Positions 26,692-33,820 of a DNA stretch of 33,820 nt are shown in pieces; the first letter of the stretch is position 1, and each line of letters opens with the position of its first letter. The DNA lies in contig JBBDYJ010000019.1 in NCBI GenBank assembly GCA_040901675.1, forward strand, positions 1-33,820, written 5' to 3'. This DNA is from Pirellulales bacterium. Its GTDB lineage: Bacteria > Planctomycetota > Planctomycetia > Pirellulales > JAICIG01. The notes under the pieces are model-generated. The model made no database searches. It saw nothing but the letters and a program-made list of their open reading frames with translations, and was not told the origin of the DNA. The translations under genes were made by a program, and so were the position numbers.

Positions 26692-27516
26692 TCAGGCGGC
26701 ACGCCGCAAAATGGAGCGGGCGCAGCCGGGCTGAACCGGCCGGGCGAGCCGCGCCGTGACGTCGGAGAATCGTTCGACGGAAAGCGCGCCCGCGTCGCGC
26801 AGCGCGGCGGCCCGCTCGAGCAGCATTCCGAGCGCTCTGGCGCCGGGAGCGCCTGCCGCGCGCAGCCGCGGGACGTCGACCAGCAGATGGGCCATGGCGC
26901 CGAGCTGGACCGTCTGCTCGATGAGCCGGAGGTAACGCCGTGGCCGCCGCCCGGTGAACGCCGCGCCGACCACGAAATGCCACAGCCCCCAGCGAACGCA
27001 CCGCGCCTGCAATGCGAGCGACGATTGGGAGCGGCCAAGCCAGCCGCGAGGCTGCACCGTCATGGTTCTGGGGCCGGTCCGCTCAGCCAGCGCTGAGGGA
27101 AGGCAATCGCAACGCACCGCGTTCATTCCGTGCTTGACGAGCAAGTCGAGATGTCTGGCAGATGCGCGGTCGCGAAGCACCAGGGTGGTCGCCTCCTGAG
27201 CGTTTGCCCGGGCCCGCAGCACGCGTTTTACGAGCTCGCGTTCAAAATGGCCGCGGCACACCTCGCGCCCGCACCAGGAGCCCTGGCCCAGAACCGCGAT
27301 TTCGTGCGCGCAGCGGGCATCGAGAACGCGCGGCAGCGCGGCGGCCCGCGAGACCTCCGCGATGGCCCACGTGGCTGCCAATCCCAAACGGTCCAACTGC
27401 TCCAGGATCGTTGCGACAGACTGGGCGGTGTCATCCGGCCGGACGGCCAGCGCATCAGCGCTCACGTCGAACGAGCAGACCAACGAAGCGGATTGCGGTG
27501 ATCGGATCGTAGTCAC
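26692..27516 (-). CDS. Hypothetical protein, degenerate polysaccharide-deacetylase (NodB-like) fold
   Basis: LVCSFDV, LEQLDRLGLAATWAI, HEIAVLG, MAHLLVD follow NodB motif order but catalytic His/Asp are incomplete; GGAGG RBS. Confidence 0.6.
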   Translation of the reverse strand: MTTIRSPQSASLVCSFDVSADALAVRPDDTAQSVATILEQLDRLGLAATWAIAEVSRAAALPRVLDARCAHEIAVLGQGSWCGREVCRGHFERELVKRVLRARANAQEATTLVLRDRASARHLDLLVKHGMNAVRCDCLPSALAERTGPRTMTVQPRGWLGRSQSSLALQARCVRWGLWHFVVGAAFTGRRPRRYLRLIEQTVQLGAMAHLLVDVPRLRAAGAPGARALGMLLERAAALRDAGALSVERFSDVTARLARPVQPGCARSILRRAA

Positions 27517-27760
27517 AGGCCCTCCCCTGGTCGCGGCAAGCCGAGTTCTGCCGGAAGAACAGCTTCAACTGGTGCCCTGAGAGAATTCGGCACGAGCAAC
27601 TCGCCTGCTGCACCAAAACAGAACGAGTGTGAAGGCTGGGAAACATTGCGGGCCGCGGGAGGGCTAGCGATTCGACCCGGCTCCAGCGGTTGTGCGGACC
27701 AGGCCGTGTAGTTTGGGCAAACGGTGTACTCCAAGCGGGCAAGACCGTAAGCTGGAGCCG

Positions 27761-30700
27761 ATGTGCCCAAACAACCGTACTGACTCGTCGGCGGCGGCTG
27801 GCGCTGGCGGCCCGCGCGTGTGGCCGGCTCTCCTTGCCGGCTTGGCGGCTGCGGGCTGGGCGCTCTCGCCATCGCTGGCCGCGGAGGAACCAGCGGCGGC
27901 GGATTCCCGGCCGGCCCATGACGCCGCTGCCGAACCGAGCTACGAGGCCGACGTGCGGCCGATCCTGGCGTCGAGGTGCCTGGAGTGCCACGGCGCCGAG
28001 CAGCGCAAGGCGGAGCTCGACTTGAGCACGCCGGAGGGACTCTTGCAGGGAGGTGAATCGGGAGCAGCGGTCGAGCCCGGCAAGCCCGACGAAAGCCTGC
28101 TGTACGAGATGGTACACGAGGAGTTGATGCCGGCCGGCGATTCGGAGCCGCTCTCGGAGGCGGAAGTCGAGACGATCCGGCGCTGGATCGCTGCAGGCGC
28201 CCGCGTTGATTCAAGTGCCGGCGGCGCGGCGGCCGAGACGGGAGCGGCAGGCTGGCACGAGATTCAAGCCTTGATGCTGCTGCGCTGCACGGTGTGCCAT
28301 GGAGCGCGGCAGCAGGAGGGGGGCCTGGATTTGAGCAGCGTGCAAGCGATGCTGGCGGGGGGCGACTCGGGTCCGGCGCTGGTGCCGGGCAAGCCGGACA
28401 AGAGCCTATTGCTCGAGAGGATTCATGCCGGGGCGATGCCGCCCCGGGGGCGGTTGATCGAAGCCAGCGTCAAGCCGATGGCGCCGGCCGAGATCGAGAA
28501 GCTGACCCGCTGGATTCGGGACGGCGCGGTCGAGGAGGGGCCAGGCGATGCGAGCGTCCAGGAGGCCCCAGTCAGCGACGGCGATCGGCAATTCTGGTCG
28601 TTTCAGCCGCCGCGCCCGGTGGACGTCCCCGCGGCGGGGCAGACTGGCTGGGTGCGAAATCCGGTGGATGCCTTCATCGCGGCCAGGCTGGACGAGCGGG
28701 GCCTGGCCCCGTCGGCCGAGGCGCCTCGCGAGGTGTTGTTGCGGCGGGCCTACTTCGACCTGACCGGCTTGCCGCCGCAGCCCGGGGAGGTCGAGACTTT
28801 CCTGTCCGACCCCGACCCGGCGGCCTATGAAAAGCTGATCGATCGGCTGCTGGCGTCGCAGCAGTATGGCGAGCGTTGGGGCCGGCATTGGCTGGACCTG
28901 GCCGGCTATGCCGACTCGGAAGGGAAGCGCGAGCAAGACCTGCCGCGCCGGTTTGCCTGGCGGTACCGCGACTACGTGATCCGGTCGTTCAACGCCGACA
29001 AGCCGTACGACCGGTTCCTGCTGGAGCAGCTTGCCGGCGACGAGCTGGCCGACTACGAGCAGGCCGCCGAGATTACGGAGGAGATCTACGACAACCTGGT
29101 GGCGACCGGGTTCTTGCGAATGGCGCCCGACTCGACGTGGGCCAACATCACGGGCTTTGTGCCGGACCGGCTGGAGGTGGTTGCCGACGAGCTGGACGTG
29201 CTGGGCTCGGCGGTGATGGGGCTGTCGATCAAGTGCGCCCGCTGCCACAGCCACAAGTTCGATCCGCTCTCGCAGCGCGACTATTTCCGCCTGGTGGCGG
29301 TGTTCAAAGGCGCTTACGACGAGCACGATTGGCTCAAGCCGCAGATCAGCACGCTCAAGGCGCCGGTCAGCTTCGACACGCAGCCGGCCCGGCTGCTGCC
29401 CTATGTGCTGCCGGCCGAGCGCGAGGCCTGGCTGGCCCGCGAGCGTGGTCTCGACGACGGGATCGCCAGGCTGCGGCAGGAGCTCGAGCGGCAGGCCGGG
29501 CCATTGATCAAGGAGCACGTTGAAAAACGCCTGGCCGAACTGCCGGAGGTGCTGCGCGACGACGTGCGTAAGATGCTCGAGACACCGGCCGAGAAGCGGA
29601 GCACCGTCCAGATGTACCTGGCCGGGAAGTTCGAGAGCAGCTTGCGCATCGACCAGCAGCAGTTGAGCGAGCTCGATCAGGGATTCAAGGAGCAAAGCGA
29701 AGCCACGGCCCGGCGGATCGATGAACTGACGGCGCAGCGGCAGCCGGAGCCGGCGATCCGGGCTCTCTGGGACCGGGGCGATCCAACGCCGGCGTTTGTT
29801 TACCGGCGGGGCGACTACTTGAACCCCGGCCCGGCGGTCGAGCCAGGCGTGCCGGCGGTGCTGGCCGATCCCGACGCGCCCTTCGAAGTGCAGCGTCCCT
29901 GGCCCGGCGCCAAGCAGACGGGCCGCCGGCTGGCTTTTGCCCGCTGGCTGACGCGCCCGAACCATCCTTTGACGGCGCGGGTGATGGTGAACCGCATCTG
30001 GAAGCACCATTTCGGCGAGGGGCTGGTCCGCACGCTCGACAACTTCGGCAAGGCGGGCGAGCGGCCCACGCACCCCGAGCTGCTCGACTGGCTGGCGATC
30101 GAGTTCGTCAGGCAAGGTTGGAGCGTCAAGGCCATGCACCGGCTGATGATGACGTCGAGCACCTACCGGCAGAGCTCGGCCGCCAGCGAGCAGCAACGGG
30201 AAAGCGATCCGGACAACCAGTTGCTGAGCCGGATGCCGATGCGAAGGATGGAAGCCGAAGTGCTGCTGGACACGTTGGCGTCGGTGGCGGGCCGGCTCTA
30301 CCTGACGCCGTACGGCCCGCCCGACCCGGTGAGCGCCCGCGCCGACGGCCTGGTGACGATTGACGCCGGCCCGCGAGGATGGCGGCGCGGCATCTACGTG
30401 CAGCAGTGGCGCAAGCAGCTTCCCACGCTGCTGGAAGCATTCGACCTGCCGCAGATGAACCCCAACTGCGTCGAGCGGTCCGAGTCGATCGTGGCGCCGC
30501 AGGCGCTGCACCTGCTCAACGATTCTTTTGTCCGCGAACTGGCCGGCCATTTTGCCCAGCGCGTGCAGCAGCGCACAACGGGCGACTGGGCGAGCCAGGT
30601 CGAGCAGGTTTATCTGGTTGCGCTGGGGCGAAAGCCCACCGGCGACGAGCGGCAACTCGGCGCCGACACGCTGGCCAGGCTGGCCGAAGCCTGGCAAAAC

Positions 30701-30802
30701 GCGGCGCCCTCGGACGGGGCCGACGTGCCGGCCGAGCAACGGGCTTTGACCAGCTTTTGCCATACCGTGATCAACACGGCCGAGTTCCTCTATATCGACT
30801 GA
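27761..30802 (+). CDS. Planctomycete cytochrome c / DUF1549 / DUF1553 (PSD1) protein
   Basis: GGAG RBS; signal peptide; three CxxCH (CLECH, CTVCH, CARCH); FWSFQPP, YGERWGRHWLDLAGYADS, PLTARVMVNRIWKHHFG, PTHPELLDWLA. Confidence 0.96.
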   Translation: MCPNNRTDSSAAAGAGGPRVWPALLAGLAAAGWALSPSLAAEEPAAADSRPAHDAAAEPSYEADVRPILASRCLECHGAEQRKAELDLSTPEGLLQGGESGAAVEPGKPDESLLYEMVHEELMPAGDSEPLSEAEVETIRRWIAAGARVDSSAGGAAAETGAAGWHEIQALMLLRCTVCHGARQQEGGLDLSSVQAMLAGGDSGPALVPGKPDKSLLLERIHAGAMPPRGRLIEASVKPMAPAEIEKLTRWIRDGAVEEGPGDASVQEAPVSDGDRQFWSFQPPRPVDVPAAGQTGWVRNPVDAFIAARLDERGLAPSAEAPREVLLRRAYFDLTGLPPQPGEVETFLSDPDPAAYEKLIDRLLASQQYGERWGRHWLDLAGYADSEGKREQDLPRRFAWRYRDYVIRSFNADKPYDRFLLEQLAGDELADYEQAAEITEEIYDNLVATGFLRMAPDSTWANITGFVPDRLEVVADELDVLGSAVMGLSIKCARCHSHKFDPLSQRDYFRLVAVFKGAYDEHDWLKPQISTLKAPVSFDTQPARLLPYVLPAEREAWLARERGLDDGIARLRQELERQAGPLIKEHVEKRLAELPEVLRDDVRKMLETPAEKRSTVQMYLAGKFESSLRIDQQQLSELDQGFKEQSEATARRIDELTAQRQPEPAIRALWDRGDPTPAFVYRRGDYLNPGPAVEPGVPAVLADPDAPFEVQRPWPGAKQTGRRLAFARWLTRPNHPLTARVMVNRIWKHHFGEGLVRTLDNFGKAGERPTHPELLDWLAIEFVRQGWSVKAMHRLMMTSSTYRQSSAASEQQRESDPDNQLLSRMPMRRMEAEVLLDTLASVAGRLYLTPYGPPDPVSARADGLVTIDAGPRGWRRGIYVQQWRKQLPTLLEAFDLPQMNPNCVERSESIVAPQALHLLNDSFVRELAGHFAQRVQQRTTGDWASQVEQVYLVALGRKPTGDERQLGADTLARLAEAWQNAAPSDGADVPAEQRALTSFCHTVINTAEFLYID

Positions 30803-30853
30803 GGTTTCTTACTTTATGGGAAACGGAATGGATTCCGTTCTACTAGGTGAGGT

Positions 30854-32311
30854 TTGAGCGTGGATGCACGTGACATCTTGAACCGCCGCGGCCTGCTGGA
30901 GCGAGCCGGCGGAGCGGTCTACGCCGCGGCACTGACCAGCTTGCTGGGGCCGGAACGCGTGCGCGCGTCGGAGGGCGGCGTGCCGCCGGCGGGGGCCGCG
31001 GGATTAGAGCCGAGGTCGCCGCACTTTGAGCCGAAGGCCCAGGCGGTGATCCAGCTTTTCATGAACGGCGGTCCGAGCCAGATGGATCTGTTCGATCCGA
31101 AGCCCCAGCTCGACAAGCGGCACGGCCAGCCGTACTTCTCGCAAATCGCCGGCGAAGTGGAGAACGTGCAGGACGCCGGCGCCTTGCTGCGCAGCCCGTT
31201 CCGCTTTGCCCGGCATGGCCAGTCGGGATTGTGGATCTCCGACGCGCTGCCCCACTTGGCGACCCAGGCGGACGAATTGGCCGTCGTCCGCTCCATGTTC
31301 ACCACCAATCTGACGCACGAGCCGGCCCTGTACTTGATCCACTCGGGGCAGATGCGTCCCGGCCATCCGTCGCTGGGATCGTGGGTGGTGTATGCGCTGG
31401 GGAGTGAAAACCAGAATCTGCCGGCCTACGTTGTGCTGGACGACCCGCTGGGGCTGCCGATCAACGGCGTCGAGAACTGGCAGGCAGGTTTTCTGCCGCC
31501 CGTGTACCAGGGGACCCGCTTTCGTTCGAGCGGGTCGCCGGTGCTGAACCTGCAGCCGGCGGTGGCCAGGCCGGCCGAGGTCGTGGGGCTGGAGCGGAGC
31601 TTGCTGGGCGAACTGGACCGGCGGCATCGCGACGGCCGTCCGGGACAGAGCGAGCTGGAGGCGCGGATCGCCACGTATGCGCTGGCCGCGCGGATGCAGC
31701 TCGAAGCGGGCGACGCGCTGGACGTCTCGCGCGAAACGGCCGCCACGCTGGCCGCCTACGGCGTCGGCCAGGAGCCGACCGATTCGTACGGCCGGCGGTG
31801 CCTGATTGCCCGGCGGCTGGTCGAGCGGGGCGTGCGCTTCGTGCAGCTTTTCATCAACGGCCAGATCTGGGACAACCACACCTCGCTTGCCACGAGCTTG
31901 CAGTCGGCCTGCCAGCGCACGGATCAGCCGGTGGCCGCCTTGCTGGCCGACTTGAAGCAACGCGGCTTGCTGGACAGCACGTTGGTGGTGTGGGGAGGCG
32001 AGTTCGGCCGGCTGCCGATCGCCCAGTTGCCCGCCGACAAGGACGAACGGCAGGCGGGACGCGACCACAACAAGAATGCGTTCTCGTGCTGGATGGCGGG
32101 GGCGGGCATCCGCGGGGGGACGGCCTACGGAACCACCGACGAGATCGGCCTGGCGGCCGTGGAAAACCGAGTGAGCGTGCCCGACTGGCACGCCACCATC
32201 CTGCACTTGCTGGGCCTCCACCACCGCGAGGTCCACGTGGACCAGCACGGGCTGAAAGAGCGGCTGACGTCGGTGTTCGAGGCCCGCGTGGTCGAGGGGA
32301 TCTTGGCGTAG
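30854..32311 (+). CDS. DUF1501 domain protein (Tat-type leader)
   Basis: NRRGLL, AVIQLFMNGGPSQMDLFDPKP, RRLVERGVRFVQ, WDNH, WGGEFGRLP, GRDHN; GTG 30860 is an alternative start. Confidence 0.96.
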   Translation: MSVDARDILNRRGLLERAGGAVYAAALTSLLGPERVRASEGGVPPAGAAGLEPRSPHFEPKAQAVIQLFMNGGPSQMDLFDPKPQLDKRHGQPYFSQIAGEVENVQDAGALLRSPFRFARHGQSGLWISDALPHLATQADELAVVRSMFTTNLTHEPALYLIHSGQMRPGHPSLGSWVVYALGSENQNLPAYVVLDDPLGLPINGVENWQAGFLPPVYQGTRFRSSGSPVLNLQPAVARPAEVVGLERSLLGELDRRHRDGRPGQSELEARIATYALAARMQLEAGDALDVSRETAATLAAYGVGQEPTDSYGRRCLIARRLVERGVRFVQLFINGQIWDNHTSLATSLQSACQRTDQPVAALLADLKQRGLLDSTLVVWGGEFGRLPIAQLPADKDERQAGRDHNKNAFSCWMAGAGIRGGTAYGTTDEIGLAAVENRVSVPDWHATILHLLGLHHREVHVDQHGLKERLTSVFEARVVEGILA

Positions 32312-32325
32312 TGGGAAGGAGTGTA

Positions 32326-33759
32326 ATGGCCGGTCTGCCGCAATGGGGCGTGGACGAGCTTCCTGAGCCGCTGCCGTTTTCCGCCCGCAACGTGCTGCGC
32401 ACGGTGGGACCAGGGGCGATCCTGCTGGCCGGGTCGATCGGTGGAGGCGAGTGGCTGGTTGGCCCGGCGGTGGCGGTCCAGCACGGCGTGGGCGTGTTCT
32501 GGATAGCCACCGTAGCGATTCTGCTGCAGCTCGTTTTCAACCTGGAGGCGATCCGCTACACGCTGTACACGGGCGAGCCGATCCACGTGGGGATCATGCG
32601 GCTTGCGCCGGGATCGACTTTTTGGGCGGCGATCTACATTGCCCTGGCCATTGGGCAGCTCGGCATCCCGGCGCTGGCCAGCGCGTGCGCGCCGGCATTG
32701 TTCGCGGCTGTCGCCGGAAGCCTGCCCGGAGCGCCTGACACAACTACGCTGCTCTATCTGACGTATGGCGTGATGATCTTGTCGCTGTTCATTCTGCTGT
32801 TCGGCGGCACGATCGAGCGGATGCTCGAATATGCTTCCTGGGCGATGATCGTCTACATCTTCGGCTTCTTGCTGGCGATCAACGTCTTCTTTGTGCCGCT
32901 CGACCACTGGCTGGAAACATTGAAGGGATTCGGCCGCTTCGGCTACGTGGCCCCGGGGACGGACCTGCTGTTGCTGGCGGCCTTGGCCGCCACGGCCGGC
33001 TCCGGCGGCGTGGGCAACCTGGCCATATCGAATTGGGTCCGCGACAAAGGGATGGGAATGGGAGGAAAAGTGGGCGCGATCGCCAGCGCGCTGGGGTCGA
33101 AGCAGATTCAACTTTCGCACGTGGGCAAGGTCTTCGAAATCACGCCGGTCAACATGGCCCGCTGGAAGCAGTGGTGGAAGTACGTCGTGGCGGACCAGGT
33201 CTGGTTGTGGGCCTTGGGGTGTTTCGTGGGCATGTTTTTGAACGTCAACATGGCCACCGCCATTATTCCCGCCGGCACCAACATGACCGGGATCGAGTCG
33301 GGCGCTTACCAGGCTGAATACCTGGGCCGGCACATCTGGTCGGGATTGTGGTTCCTGGGCCTGTTGAACGGGTTCTGGATCTTGTTCTCGACCCATTTGG
33401 GGAACACCGACATCCTGGTCCGCACCGTGACCGACATCGTCTGGGTCGGCAGCAGCCGGGCCAGGGCATGGCGCGGCGGCCGCATCAGCAAGGTGTACTA
33501 CGCACTGCTCTTGGCGTTCACACTGTGGGGGATGGTGGCCGTGCGCTGGGGCACCGCCATCCAGTTGTTCCAGGTGCTGGCCACGATTGCGGGGGTGGTG
33601 TTGGCGGTTGCGGCCGTGCAGGTGCTGTTGGTCAACACGCGGCTGCTGCCGCGCGAACTGCGTCCTGGTTGGGTCCGCCGTGCAGGGCTGGTTGCGTGCG
33701 CGCTGTTCTATGGAGTGTTCAGCGTTTTGGTCGCCTGGGACAAGCTCAGGTTTTGGTAG
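32326..33759 (+). CDS. NRAMP/MntH-superfamily-like transporter (477 aa)
   Basis: AAGGAG RBS; VGPGAILLAGSIGGGEW, EAIRYTLYTGE; multiple TM helices; lacks the canonical DPGN motif, so substrate is uncertain. Confidence 0.85.
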   Translation: MAGLPQWGVDELPEPLPFSARNVLRTVGPGAILLAGSIGGGEWLVGPAVAVQHGVGVFWIATVAILLQLVFNLEAIRYTLYTGEPIHVGIMRLAPGSTFWAAIYIALAIGQLGIPALASACAPALFAAVAGSLPGAPDTTTLLYLTYGVMILSLFILLFGGTIERMLEYASWAMIVYIFGFLLAINVFFVPLDHWLETLKGFGRFGYVAPGTDLLLLAALAATAGSGGVGNLAISNWVRDKGMGMGGKVGAIASALGSKQIQLSHVGKVFEITPVNMARWKQWWKYVVADQVWLWALGCFVGMFLNVNMATAIIPAGTNMTGIESGAYQAEYLGRHIWSGLWFLGLLNGFWILFSTHLGNTDILVRTVTDIVWVGSSRARAWRGGRISKVYYALLLAFTLWGMVAVRWGTAIQLFQVLATIAGVVLAVAAVQVLLVNTRLLPRELRPGWVRRAGLVACALFYGVFSVLVAWDKLRFW

Positions 33760-33820
33760 GCGGATTCGCCAGAATTCGGGCCGTCGCCCGCTTCCCCAGA
33801 ACTCTGGCGAGTCCTGCTAC
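33756..33820. repeat. Inverted GTAG-REP doublet (REPIN-like)
   Basis: gtaggcggattcgccagaattc (33756-33777) vs gaactctggcgagtcctgctac (33799-33820), 18/22 complementary. Confidence 0.8.

Noticed and set aside
27761..32311. Cytochrome c/DUF1553 + DUF1501 pair as a novel system
   Set aside because: Function unknown, but a well-known and highly paralogous planctomycete module; nothing unusual in this copy
28406..33396. Long minus-strand ORFs (785, 414, 423 aa) and the 176-aa N-terminal extension of 31798..33759
   Set aside because: Shadow or off-frame ORFs overlapping confidently assigned plus-strand genes

Overview
GC-rich bacterial DNA, very probably from a planctomycete (Pirellulales-like). 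The evidence is a PSCyt/DUF1549/DUF1553 + DUF1501 gene pair, an 'RRWWQFRLRTLL'-leader LRR protein and GTAG-type REPs. The left 7.4 kb is accessory. A tRNA-Arg(ACG) gene (7372-7445, minus) has its 3' 44 bp duplicated at 693-736, which delimits a ~6.7 kb islet with no integrase. The islet carries a PD-(D/E)xK nuclease-STAND/NACHT ATPase (Avs/NLR-like anti-phage candidate) that is split or frameshifted into 1175 + 432 aa ORFs. It also carries a 232-aa unknown protein, a winged-helix gene fragment and a possible third, decayed tRNA/att scar. The rest looks like core genome: response regulator, secreted two-repeat beta-protein, LRR protein, orphan HigA, ogt, PLP aminotransferase and decarboxylase, a ribose-type ABC transporter, a disordered acidic/Arg-rich repeat protein, a split reverse-order ArgZ/AgrE-like pair (TIGR00300-like + amidinotransferase), corA, the cytochrome c/DUF1501 pair and an NRAMP-like transporter. 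All family calls come from motif recognition by eye; no searches were run.
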